DNA of 64,000 nucleotides from Ramazzottius varieornatus. Taxonomy: Eukaryota; Animalia; Tardigrada. Shown here piece after piece: positions 14,063 through 26,782 of the stretch (position 1 is the first letter of the stretch; each line of letters begins with the position of its first letter). The DNA lies in assembly GCA_001949185.1 (NCBI GenBank), contig BDGG01000001.1, forward strand, positions 5,695,527 through 5,759,526. The letters are read 5' to 3'. A program made the translations under genes and the position numbers. The notes under the pieces are model-generated. The model made no database searches. It saw only the letters and a program-made list of their open reading frames with translations, and was not told the origin of the DNA.

Positions 14063-14939
14063 TGCTAGACATTCCTCCCATCTTGGCTACATTAGCCGTG
14101 CACTTTCCGACGACGACAACGTTTTCTGCAGATGCAGATCTGCGTGCCATTAATCAGTAGAGATTGCCCCTTTTTTTCTCGTTCGATACAATATATCGCT
14201 TTTACTGATTGTCCGACCGCGTTGCCCGCCGCAGTGCGCAATATTGATACAAAACAATCAATTCCTTTTTATTGGCTTTCTCTAAAAGTTAAATATTTGA
14301 CAAGATATTCTTGCCTTTTGATTTCCCATTCCCATAATGAATCCGATGAATGTTTTCTATCGTCTTTGTGCTTTTACCCAAAGTTTTTGATTATCGAGTC
14401 TTGGCAAATACTTCATCCAACTTTTCCGCTTATCTAATCAACATTGAGTTCAAAAGCACTCCGTGAAATTAGTCCCTTCTCGACACCGATTTCTTTGAGG
14501 CTCATGTCTCGAATTGATATTAGTTAATTCACTAACTTCATTACCAGAGCTGCGACAATAAACTCGACGTTTGTTCAAATTTCACGACACAGAAGTTCTA
14601 ATCAATTCGACTGTATGCGTATTTATGCAAGTCTGACGCATGAGGGGGTAATGGAGAGGGGCGCGAAAGACTACTCAAGGCTCCTTCCAGCCAGCACGTG
14701 TACCATCTGTCACTTAGAGAGAGTACTGCAACGCGTGCAAAAGGGAATTTGGTCTCATGTTGCATGCCATAAAAGCGTAATGCAACATAACGTCAAACAG
14801 AAATAAGTTACATCAGAGAAACAACTTCTTCGTCACGCAACTGGTACTACACCATAGTTGTAGTTCTAATGAAAATTCCGCCATGATTGGTCTTATCGTG
14901 GAAGTAGTCTGAACGTACTATGAATTTGATTTGTACTTT

Positions 14940-16950
14940 GTGAAATATCTTTATTTGAAGACAATAATCTATACTCAAAAAATGAGGAAGCAGCGATACA
15001 TAATTAACAAAAACGCTACACGGATTTTCCCTTTTTGACATCTAAAACATAAAACACTTCATCAAGACCCTTCGTATCTTTAACAGTAGTCAGAACAGAA
15101 TAACAATTACCACGTTGAATATCTATGGACACTCGCTGCTTAAAAAACTGAAATGACCTCGGCTCGCCCGTTACTTCCGCCATCTTTCTTCCTACAGCTT
15201 CGAACAGCGCTGTCGCGGAAGGACCCCAAGGTCCAAGGGTCTCCAGTCCGACAGGGCAGAACTCAAATTCGCTTCCGATGTCCTCGTACTTCGTGATCTT
15301 TCTCTTCTTGGCGGCGTCAGCAGCTGATCCAGCTTTCGCCGTTGACATTGCAAAGTTTGCCAAAGCCTGTGTATCCACAACTGTAACGTCCCATACAAGC
15401 TCCTTACCATTCTTCCAAGGGACTTGCGTCATTCCATCTAGCCGTCTTTTGTCCTTTCTGAAGATCCCGGATGGTTCGAGAACTGCAGGAATTCGGGCTG
15501 TTGTCAACGCGCGTTTCAGGGACTCGTTGAGCGCACTGTGACGACTGTGACGCCCCCCACTGAACTTACAGCTCAACCCGTGTTGGCAAAACTCATCCAC
15601 GCTGGCGCCACATCGACACACGTGGGGACGGCATAGCTTGGCACCAAGACGCAAACCAATACTAATCCGTAGGGCGTTATTGTCGAGCAGGTTTCCCAAC
15701 GAGGATGACGGCAGCGCATGAAGCCAGGAGACTGAGTTCTTATCTGAAACTGAAAGAAGTCGCGCTTTATCATTATCCGAAGCAGTACTTACTAACAGCT
15801 CGTGTATTTCTTTTAGCAAAGGCATGTCCCAGGCTTTCTGCTGGGGGCGAAGCTCGGGAACAGGAGGCTCAGCTGTGGAGAGGAGGCTCCATTTGGAGAG
15901 AGAGAGAGGTTTGCTTCACCATGCAAGTCGGCTTCAGGCAGGATACTCAGCACCAGTTGTTGTACAGAATGAAGCGAAGCCAAGAAGGCAGGGAGCGTGA
16001 CTTCTTCCGGAGAAAATGGAGAAAAAGGAGAAAATCTCACATTTAGCCGAGTTCAGTTCCAGTCCGAGCTTCCACCCTTCGCTGATTACCCCCTGCAAAT
16101 CTGACAAAACAGTTTCAATCTTACCGTCGATGGTGCCCTCATCGAGGTACCACACATTCAGGGGGGGAAGTGAGGCTCTTGGTAAGCCTTTGGATGAGTA
16201 CGCAAAACAATAAGGGCCCCAGTGGGTCTCCTTGCTGCACGCCCCTTGCTGACTCGAGGGTATGTTGACCAAACAGTAGCTTTGAGGGATATCGGTAAGA
16301 CTACCAGGCAAACGGGAAGTATTTAGGCAAGGAGTCTCTAATAACACGGAGAAGAACGTCTCGGTGTATGGTGTTGAAGGCGTTCTTGAAGTCAAGCTTG
16401 AGCAGCACTTGACTTTCGTCTCTTCCCTCCTCAAGGAAGCAGCGAACCGCATGGACTGCTGCTTCTGCTCCACCTCTGGTACCGCAACCAACTTGCTCAG
16501 GACGGACCTGTTCCTCCATCACACGACCCCCTCTCTTGACAACGATCTTGCCTGCCAAGCGACGTAGCGTATCTCCCACAGCAATTGGTCGCAGGCCGCC
16601 ATCTTCCTTCTTGAGGGCTGTGAGTGTTGCCCCGTAGGGCACACCGCAAACAGCGTCAGGAATTCTGCCTAAATGCATCAGCGTAATCAGCTCAGCCAAT
16701 GCTTCTGCTAGCGCCACCGTTGCCCCGTTCGGTGCACCTGACAGCATGTCTTTGAGATGCTGCGGTCTCAGACCATCAACGCCACCAGCAGATCCGTTGG
16801 GGAAACGCTTTACTGCTGCGAGAATTTCCTCCACGGGGCATGGTATCTTGGGGTCTGGTGTGGCCATCTTTCTGGTCAGGGTCAGCGTGACATCCTGAAA
16901 AAGAACTCAGGCCAACAAGAACGCTCTATACGAGTTTACCTCCGCTTTTA
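14940..16950 (-). mobile_element. Non-LTR retrotransposon, CRE-like clade (RT plus C-terminal restriction-like endonuclease), 5'-truncated and disrupted
   Basis: RT motifs SAGGVDGLRPQHL, GGLRPIAVG, LDFKNAFN, GVQQGDPLGP and YLDE. C-terminal CRC..H...C zinc knuckle, RHSALN and R(L)DG..WDVTV. Stop at 16301 plus frameshifts. Minus-strand AATAAA near 14950. Confidence 0.9.
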
Positions 16951-17042
16951 CGATGTGGAAACAACCTACTGACATTCGGGGGCTAACGTGCCTGTCCCCC
17001 GGAGTTGTTCCAATATGGCCCAAATTGGAGTAGACGGCTTGA

Positions 17043-19344
17043 CAAGAGATTAACGCCACAGGAAGCGGAAGTTACGTTAAATTCAGGGCGGATCACCAGT
17101 GTGACAGCACATCAACTGATTCGATTGCCTGGTGGTTGATTTGATATTGATCGAACCAGTTGCGCTTGTACTCTACGCTAAGCGAAGTGCAATCAGTTTT
17201 GCTGTGCCTGTTGCTTCGTTGCTCTTACATTCATCGTTCCGTTACTGCGTGATTTCCACTGTCGCCCGAAATGGATTCCGTTAATCCGATGAATGTGTTG
17301 AAGCTTCTGGAGGAGGACTACAAGCAGCTCTTCCAACTGGATGGACAACCGAGCGAGGCTGATAAGCAGTTGAAAGAACTCGTCAAAGGTATTGTACTGT
17401 TGCCGTTTACTATGGCTGACTTTGATATGAGATATTCCACCTTTCTGTTTCTGTTTCAGAATTTATGGATGTTAAAATCAACCGAGCAGGTAGTTCTTCG
17501 TTGGCACTTGAAGAAGACCCGCAATATGAACTGCAAACAGACATGCAGACGTTCGACGAGTTCGAGAAGTTGGTTGCAGCGTCTAATCAGCTGGCTGAAC
17601 CCGACGAAAATCCTAGCCAAGAAGATAAAGTCGTCGAGCCTCTCTCCAGTGGAACGGAACCATCGTCCAACGAATTCTATGTCCCGCGAATACCGAACCC
17701 AAAACAGCCGCCAAGTAACGCAGTCACCCTCGACTACAAGAAACGCTCCGTCGATTTCTGGAGGAATGTCGCTACGAAGAAACGACATAGCCTTTCGTGT
17801 GTCCAGACCAAGTCCAAGAAAGTCACAAGTATTCGACAACTCCGAGAATGGGAACGACATGTTGCTGAGGGCGGTTCCAGATATGATAAGCTGAAGGCGC
17901 TGCGTTTGGAGACTGGCAAGCAGTTCTTCCTGGCCAAGCAGAAGCCTCATATTGTGAAAGATATGGATATTCGACGTTGGGCTGTTACTGCGAACCGAAC
18001 CATTGGCCTGGTAGGTTTCACGGCGTCTCCGGACTGGGTGGGAAAGTTGAAGAGGTAAACACATTGAAGTATTAACATGAAATATGTATCATGGCTTACG
18101 CAGATCACTTCATCCGAGAATTTCGCTCACGAGTTACTGCGCCACACTAACGGTCGATATTGTAGGTATTACGGCATCGTCGATCGGAAGATCACCAAGT
18201 TCGTGACCCACAAGTACATTCAAGAAGCTCCGCAAGTAAAGAAAACTGCGGAGGAGTGTGTCGCCCTTGTGAGATCGAGGATCTCAGATTACGGCTTGGA
18301 CTGTATGTGAAACACGGATCAGTCTGGGTTCGATTACGAGATGAGACCAGGGCGCACACTGCATCTGGCCGGCGCAAAACATGTTCTTGCGATCTGTCAG
18401 TCGGAGAACTCCATGACGCATAGCTACACGGTTATGATGACCATTTCGCCCGGCACGCGCAAGTTTCTCCCACAACTGTGGATCACTCTCCGGGAGGAAA
18501 AGGCGTTTTCGGTCCTATTGTGGCAAGGACAATGTTTAAAGCTGACAACCTGTATGTCACTGCTTCGGCTTCGGGCAAGATGACAAAGAAGCTCTACTTG
18601 GAATGGTGTGAAAAGATATTGTTTTCTCATGCGGAAGATCGCTACATTCTGCTGGCCGATTCGTGGAGAACCAATTCTTACCAGGAAGCTGTTTTGGAAT
18701 TCAAGCCTGAAGAACTGGAATACGAAATGATCACGATTCCTCCGAAAGTGGCTGGTGATATCCAACCACTGGACAGACTCTTCTTCCGAATGTATAAAGA
18801 CTTCTTCCGGAAGATGTCCAGTTTCGTCATTTTGCACAGCCTTCCACTTCAAGTTCATCATCGAGACGTAATCCTCAAGATGCATTCTTTGGTTTACCAA
18901 CAGTTTCAGTCTCCCCGGTTTGGAGACCTAGTGAACCAGGCTGGCATCTGTGCGGCTATACTGACGAGTCCTTTGACTATGTAAATCCTACCGAATTCTC
19001 TTTCCCCAAGAAGTTGACTGGTCATTGCGACCATGAAAACTGCGACGACCGGCTTTTGCTTAAGTGCGGCTGGTGCAAAGCTCCTCTCTGCTTCCATCAC
19101 TTCTACGATCAGTATCACCTCTGTAAAATTTATCTTCCGTGAGTTCTGTGAAATTTTAGACTATGCTAGTATAGTTGGTCATGTCATGTCGATGTAAGAA
19201 TTTGACGTCACTTCCGCTTCCTGTGGCGTCTTCCAGGATTTTATTTCGCCGATTTAGTTTATCTGTTTGTGGAGCAAACTCTGCTCTATCATGCTATCAT
19301 ATTGGTTTGAGGATCAGAGTGGACAAAGTGGCGTTAATCCCTTG
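17043..19344 (+). mobile_element. Tc5/Tc4-like (pogo-related) DNA transposon with TNA (TGA) target duplication
   Basis: Termini CAAG(A/G)GATTAACGCCAC. TGA at 17040-42 and 19345-47. The TIR continues as AGGAAGCGGAAGT.ACGT.AAATTC on both sides. Confidence 0.9.
17271..19142 (+). pseudogene. Intron-containing Tc5-type DDE transposase, inactivated
   Basis: Spliced exons (introns about 17389-17459 and 18055-18165) give an HTH region, NTDQSG, LLADSW, IQPLD and the C-terminal C..HC...C...C..C..C.HHF cluster typical of the Tc5 C-terminal domain. Stop at 18308-10 plus frameshifts. Confidence 0.85.
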
Positions 19345-20219
19345 TGAGCAAGAGGAGGAAGCTGATGGAGGAAAACAGAAAATTGTTTTGCGTTCTGCCG
19401 TTCAGCGTGAGTTCTTTGGACTGATTGTTGATCGGTTATTCGGAACACGACATCCGGTTGAGACGAATCCACCTAAAACACTGCACCCGGCAGCCAACTG
19501 ACCACAGCACCATAGGGTACAAAACGTACCTGGTAGACTTATGTGGCCCTCGACACTATAAGAATTTTAGGATGGACAGCTCTGATGGTGGGGAAACGTG
19601 AAGAGATGCAGGAGATCCGGCAGAGGCAGAACGGATGATTCCACGAAATTGATCAGTGCAGTTACCAGAAGGAAGCCGAAAGTATGATTGATTTTATCTA
19701 CGACGTACCAGCTGTAGTGAAGACCCATCCACCTCCGTGAAGGTAGATCACGCACGGCCTGAATATGACTGTCGGAACCCAGGAGTACTTTACACACACG
19801 TGAAACGAGGTCTAGACATTGGTATCATTTTAAAGACGGTAGTTCGGTGATAAGCACTGAACTGTCATTGAGATGGACTAGTTCCCCCGAACATCCTCCT
19901 ATCACGCAAGCTTACCTGGCGTCTTCGTCATTTCTCTATCCATAACTCATAACATCCTGTAAACAGAGTATCAATATAGACACAAGGACCACTTACAGCA
20001 AGGCGTCATGATATAGGCAGAATACGGCGATTACGTCTATTCGTATCATCACTCGGCCAGATAACAAGCACTTGAGAAGCAAAAACCGTTCTATTATGGG
20101 CCGTCAACAGCTGGTGATTAACCTTCTCGCTAATTCCACTCATTACTCTAGTCAGTTCCAGATTAATTTTAGGTCAGCCGGTATATTTGATCCAGAAAAG
20201 GAGGGCGTAAGGTGGGACC

Positions 20220-21901
20220 ATGCCTTTGTGCCCCCCCTTTACGAGGTTCGCCCTAGCAGCGGTTTTGATCGTCCTGCCAGTGGCGCACTCGGCAGTATCG
20301 AACTTCCTGCCGCCTGATACGCCTTGGAGTAGTCCGATCATGTACCTGGCCGGTGTTGCTTCGACCGTCCTTGTAATGTTTTTGCTCTTACACTGCAAAG
20401 AGAACTGGTTCCAACGACGACCAGAATTCAAACTGCAGATTGATTCTCCGCCTCCATCACCGGGGGCCAAAACAAAATCGTAAGTCTATTAACGAAAGCA
20501 CTGTAGAAACCTATGACTTATCACACTTGAATTTCTTCGAAGCTTCCCTTGGCTTACAATTGACCAATGTTCTACGTCCGTCTTATGGCTGCAGGATTCT
20601 TCGTAGCTTAAGCCGACCTGGCAGCAGTGGAAACCTTTCCACTCAGGGCTCCGACTCCAGTTTGAACGTTCATACCAATGGCTACTATCCCAAAATGTAC
20701 CTGACAGCCTCACGCCCAGGTTCAGGTAATATCAGCATTCAGATGCTAAAGTTCACAGTTCATAGCGGAGTACAACCTTCTCCCTTGATTTCCACTTTGT
20801 CCAACCTTGCAGTAAACGTCAAACCGATGCTTCGCCTTGCGACCGAAATGCAAAGTTTCGTTGAACGGATGGACCAGTACACCGACAACTTGGAGAGCTT
20901 GTTGGCTGAGAAAACTAGCGAGCTGAAAACGCAAAAAGCCCAGTTGGACGGCCTGCTTTCTCAGCTCTTACCGATGTAAGCTCGTGTCCGAGACATTTAA
21001 TTGCTTTGCGGATATCTCCCGAAAATATCCACGAATTTCTCTGCAGAGAGGTTGCAAGGAAATTCATGGAAGGAGAGCGTGTAGCTCCGATGTGTTTTCA
21101 GTCTGCCACCGTCTACTTTGCCGATATCGCGGGTTACATGAACATAGTCAACCAAAGTACAGCTGTGGAGATGGTCGAGTTTCTCAACGCCCTCTACAGG
21201 ATGTCGGACGCTGTAGTAGCTAACTACGATGCCTATAAAGTGGAGACCATCGGGGACGCCGATCTTGTGAGCGCACAGTACCGCCCACGATGAGGGCACA
21301 TAATGCTCATATATATGTTTTGTTGGATTGTAGATTGCGAGTGGCATCCCGGTACCTAACGGAAAGAAGCACGCCTCCGAACTAGCGAAGCTATCCTTGC
21401 AGATGTCCAAAGCCTTCGACGATTTCCGTATCCCCCATCGACCCAACGAAGCGCCACGTATCCGAATAGGTCTCCATACGGGACACTGTAAGAGACCGGC
21501 GGAGAACGTTCACGAGAACGCCGTGCTGTACAGGTGTCAAAACCTTCTGAAATTCGTTCCGTTGCAGGTTGTGCCGGTATTGTAGGTACCCATATTCCAA
21601 AATACGTTCTGTTTGGCGATGCAGTCAGTACGGCAACGAAGTTGGAAGGCTCTGGATTGCGTACGTTTCCATGAACGATTACTGTGTGCAATGACTGTTA
21701 CTGATTTCTGGGTACAGGCGTACCAACCTTTCGTTTTATGTAGCTGGCAGAGTTCACATCAGCGGCGCTACGGCTGAGATTCTCACGGAGCTGGGAGGTT
21801 TCGTGTTAGAGCGGCGCGGAGAGATACAAATCAAAGGGAAAAAGAACTTTGAGACGTTCTGGGTCAACGGGTTAACGGGCGATGTGGAAGAACCGCAGTG
21901 A
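20220..21901 (+). CDS. Miniature single-pass guanylyl-cyclase-like protein (signal peptide, TM, coiled coil, cyclase domain), 7 exons
   Basis: Exons 20220-20479, 20595-20725, 20813-20975 and 21047 onward splice in phase. Motifs: MDQYTDNLESLLAEKT..LLSQLLP (hinge), VYFADIAG, YKVETIGD, RIRIGLHTG, PKYVLFGD, RVHIS and RGEIQIKGK..ETFWV. Confidence 0.9.
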
Positions 21902-22419
21902 CAGACCGTACGATCCACGTTGAAAACCCATGCTGACATCTTCAGACTCTTGTCAAATTACCCGGTACCGCACAATGGCACACAGTGGCCAACTCTGTGA
22001 GCGCTTTACCTGTAGTTACATTGTAAATGCTTTTCCCATCCACTGCACCGATCCCATTGCACCGGTCTCAGAGACGGCGAGAGACCCTCTTTTTATTCAG
22101 AAATGAACAGCAGAAGAGCATGAAGGGTGGATGGCGGTTGAAAAATTCGTGAGCTACAAAGGGCGCGAATGAACTTGTGCATGGAGAATGTTTCGTCCAA
22201 AAGACTTTCTGAACAGCAGGAGGAGCTACTAGCCGAACATGGCAATTACCGGATAGAGTCAGCGAATATGGCAGTACATTGAGCCGACCAGCAACAGTAC
22301 GAGTACACTGCATCGCTTACAGGTACCAGAACAGTCCAGGAAGAACGACATTTCCGGTCGGGTACATAGACCTCTGCAATAACTTTAATACGTCACAAAC
22401 CGGATTTTAACATGAGCAG

Positions 22420-24355
22420 CCAAGAAAAAAAAAGCGTAGATTCGGAGTACACCGCACTAGGGGATCATGGGTGTTAGTAGCAATATGTACTATGAGACTA
22501 CTAAACTGCACATGTGTGCGAATCACCTGTGCATTTCGGTTTAGCCAATCAATCAATCAGAAAAAGTATTTGACTGCTTGATTGATGAGCTCGGCGCTGA
22601 ATTTTCTCTTTGATTGATTGCCGGAATTTCTAGATTGTCTCAGGTGAATTTCGTTCGAATGATTGGTTGGTTGCCTTTCGTTGTTTTTTGATGATACAGT
22701 CCACCCGGATTTATGATTGGGATAGACTCCGGATCATCAACCGGTCCACCCGGATTGGGATAGACTCCGGTTGATGATCCGGTCTACCCGGATTGATGAT
22801 TGATACGACCGACTAGGCTCGGTCTTTGGCCGAAAGCTGGATCGGGCCAAGCTGGAGGCCGGCTGACAGGCTGTCATTTCAGGTAGTGACATTACAGTCT
22901 GGCAGTCAACCGCGTGATATTAGGATATTTCCTAACAGGTCTTATGTTTTTGTTCAACGCTGTCCAATCCTCCAGTTCAGCGGTGACTTTCGACCACCTT
23001 CCGCAGAATTACAACTTCTTTCGCTGCCTCCTTTCCATCCGATTATGCTTAGCTGGTTGTTGGCACCATAATAGTCCTCCTCATGACGAGCTGTTCATGT
23101 CGCAAACGGTTGATTTAAAATTTGAGTTTGCTTGATCAACGGAAATTAGTCGTGAGTGGGGCAAAGTTGCGTTTCGAAAGTCTCGGAAACGGGAGCGGAA
23201 ATGCGCGAGTTTTGCGGGGTAGGTTTGTATGCAAACTTTGCCTCCTGACTAGGCTGAAATTCATGGTTTTCTCTCTGGCTAGTCTCTGTCTGTCGATATC
23301 CCCGACACTAATAGATATCAAGAATCCCATACGTGAAACGGTATCTCGCAACGTGAAGCACTGTGCAGACAGAGATTAGCTGAGAAATGAAAATTTGAAA
23401 TTTTGAGTCAGATGTGCAGAGAATAATCCGTTTTCGCTTTCAAGATAAGCTACTCGAGGGCTGCTTATCTTGAAAGCGAAACTTCGTAATCTACTTTCAA
23501 GATCAACACAATCAACGGAGTATTACGACCTGTCGTGAGGAGGACTAATAGTGTTCATGGAGTGCCTACAAAACAAAACACTCTTTTCCGACGGAATATG
23601 CAAATCGGGATCTTTATAGTGGTGGATTCATAAGCGCTTTCACCAATACAAGGCCTCTGTCGTAAAACAGATTGGCCCAGTCCAGAAGGATGGCTCTACT
23701 ATTTCTTGCCATCCTAAGGAAATGCAAGATGTTTTTATTAACAGAAATGGAAGACGCCCTTGAGATATATGCGACTAAGGTTGGAACTTAATAGCTTTCA
23801 ACAAAGCATGTTTCACAAAGAGTGAAACCAAGTGCAACAGCACGCTCATGCAGCATCTTCGATAGCAGAACCGTGCAATTGATTCCACCCCAGCGTTTTT
23901 CACAGAGCAATAAGCTATGAGAACTCTTTTACCGCTATCAGAAGATTTAGAGCATCCAGAAATATGACAGCCGCTCGTCCACCACGGTAGACATATCTAG
24001 CTCAGCTGAGTTTGCCTGGTAACGGGAATCAGCTGTTCCCAGAATGTCGCAGCGACTTCTGCTGATGTCTGGAAGATATCAGCTAAGAGCAGGGCCGCGC
24101 ATAGGATGGAGAGGAGTGGAGAAAGATGGGGGAAGGTTCTGATGACAATTCCTGCAGGAGCAGATGTGACCGAAATGAAATTTCATCGTCCAAAATTCAA
24201 AAGTCAAAACTGCTTGGGAGTGCATCCGCAATCTAGGTACCTGCGTACAGCCTGCGCCCGGTTGAGATAAGTGTACTCTGGGTACCTGTCCGGCGCTAAC
24301 TGAAGTACGAAATACACTTCGCTCGCTACTTTGCTAGGTACTCTTGTTCTTTTGG
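22420..24355. repeat. ~1.9 kb repeat, copy 2
   Basis: Direct copy of 5306-7155 with a few substitutions and an extra tandem expansion of CCGGT.ACCCGGATT/GGGATAGACTCCGG units at about 22700-22790. Nested MITE at 23074-23545. Confidence 0.95.
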
Positions 24356-24589
24356 GCATCCAAGTTGCGAATCATCCTGAATTCACGCGAAGTAGTACGT
24401 CACAACGAGTACAGACCAAACCGGACTTCGGCTATGTGCATTACAGAGGCCTCTTCTTTTCGTACGGTTCCGGATTCTCAGTTGTCTTACGAAGTGTTCT
24501 TGAATTGGACATGGCGAAAGGCCCTGAACGCTCAAAAAATACTGGAATAGTTCAGACAATATGCACTACAGTGAGGCGTCGTACTCCTG

Positions 24590-24835
24590 CAAACCTAAAG
24601 CGGAAGGAAAATTTTACTTTGAAGGAAAATCTGGCCATCTTGGACAAAATCGACCAGGAGTGAAGGTAAGTCTCCCGTTCCTTCTTCGTTATTTGACGCA
24701 GGAATGAAGGGATGAGTAGTACTGAATGATTTCTAAACTTTAGGCTCCCATAGGTGACATTGCGGATATGTACGGTGTGACGTATCAAGCTATCGTTCTT
24801 ATGAGGAACCGGAAGGACGAGATCAGGGCGGGGCA
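24590..24835 (+). mobile_element. pogo/Tigger (CENP-B-type HTH) transposase N-terminal remnant
   Basis: KRKENFTLKENLAILDKID, then a stop and an intron, then APIGDIADMYGVTYQAIVLMRNRKDEI. Fits the CENP-B N-terminal/psq-type HTH pattern. Confidence 0.6.
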
Positions 24836-25397
24836 CGTTATCCTCTAACTTCAATTTCACCTAAACGTTGTTCCGAAGAACCTCGAAGTAGAAGAACTCT
24901 TCCCCCTAAGGGCTTCGCACTCTTAAAGCACCTTCTCCTAAAAATATGTCCATATTCTCTAACGACTTGCGCCTCGAAGAACCACCGCCTCGAAGAGCTT
25001 CGGCTTCTAACAAACACGAGCCCTGAAAGCTTCGCTTTCAATGAACTATACCCCCTAAAACCGGTTTTTGTCGTCTCGTGTCGACACGGCGACTGTCGAC
25101 GCTTGACATATGCAGACAACTGACAGTACTTATTCAAAAGCCGGAACCTGCCCCGTTAATCCATCGATTGCTCTGCAGTACATGCAGTTCCAAATCGCAG
25201 TACAAAGAGTTCAGTTCGAACCACGCATGCAGCACCAAACACACTTTAGGAATTTCTCGAACGGCTTTCCGTTTGTTTGTCTGATTGAATTCTGTTTCTC
25301 TTCGGAACATTGCAAAAAATTTTTAACGTTTTCTTTGCAACTTTTGAAATTGTTTTCAGTCTGAATTCGGCTTACCACAGAAGTGACGATTTTTACT

Positions 25398-25791
25398 ATG
25401 GCAAACAAAAGCATCCACGACATCATGGTGGCACTGGAGGAGACTGGCTTTGTTTCTCTAGCAAGTAACAGTCCTACCGTGTTGACAGTCATCCAGAGGA
25501 GCGAATATTACAATGTATGGAAGTCACACCTACACCAAGAACAGAAACTTGCCGCGCGAGCGGTCTTATTGGAACTGTAAAAAAAAGGACAGTTATGGCT
25601 GCAAGAGAACGATTACACTGGATTCTTCTAATAATGTACTCTCAACCGCTGAGCACAACCACGTAGCCAACGTGAACGAAACCAAGGCGAAACAACTCAA
25701 AGCAAACTTACGTGAACGGGCAAGAAAAAGCTTGACGAAACCTCGGCGACTGCTCAGCGATCTTCCCAAGTTAGGGGGAGAAGTATGTTAG
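25398..25791 (+). mobile_element. FLYWCH zinc-finger / MULE-type transposase N-terminal remnant
   Basis: YTKNR...SYWNCKKKDSYGCKRTITL...AEHNH followed by LKANLRERAR..TKPRRLL. Frameshifted and truncated. Confidence 0.65.
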
Positions 25792-26782
25792 AGGAAAACC
25801 TTATTAGAGTTGCAGGTACGGGGCCCGAGATCAGAGCTTGCGCAGACCAGGGGGTAGTTTCGATCGGAAGCGAATTGATCGGAATTGATTTACCCCGAAA
25901 TTGTCATCGAAGTGCTCAGGTTTTTGGAAATGGTTCGACAGAAGAGGTTCCCATTTCGCCCGACTTTTCTGCTGGAGGTCGCCAGCTTCTTATTGGCTGT
26001 AACACTGATTACTTTTTGACGTCAGATTTTTCTCGAGTGAACTCTACGCAAGCTATCAAATGTGACGATCGTGCTGTGACGTATTAAATTCATTGCAGAG
26101 GTCTATGTAATTATAATAAAAGAAGATGCTTATCATTCAAGAACATTAACCACAATGCAATTATTGCTATAAAGATAATAATTTTCCGTCTTGGGATATC
26201 CACGTATTTTTGCTTCTTGCAATAGCGTCTTTAGAACTAATGGGGGATGAAGACTCGTTCGTAGATGCATCACTCTCATTACATCGGCTGGCGTTCACGT
26301 TTGATGATGGGTCTTACAACTGCAAGCCGGAGCTGCTCGAACTTACCTCTGTCTCTGATCACCCATCATATATGATAACTATTTGCTTCGGTTTGCCGAA
26401 GCGGACAGGTACGCCGTACACGTTAGAATGCGTGGATGAGAAATCATCCCGATAGCGCTATCGATCGAAAGTCAGGTGGATTCGTCGATGCGATACCCTT
26501 CCGGCAACGTGATTTTGACGCGACGCTCATCATGTACCTTATAGTCTTCTCTCTGTGGTTGCTCTTTTGTAGCGAGGAAACCCGTGCCGGAAAAAGGAGC
26601 ACCAGTAACATACAGAGCTAACAGCATCCGAAACATCCGTTCGCCCATCATGCCAACTCTTTTTTCTGTAGCATTACGACCTTGTAGATACATGAACCGG
26701 GACTGACGGGCAGTAGTCTTTTTGACGGTTTCTTTCTGTATTTCCGCAAGCTTTCGCGATGACTCCCTGTCAGCGAAGTGAC

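Noticed and set aside
26220-26621. Possible small two-exon TM gene upstream of the RING ligase
   Set aside because: An in-phase splice is plausible, but there is no recognisable homology or clear start; too weak to call.
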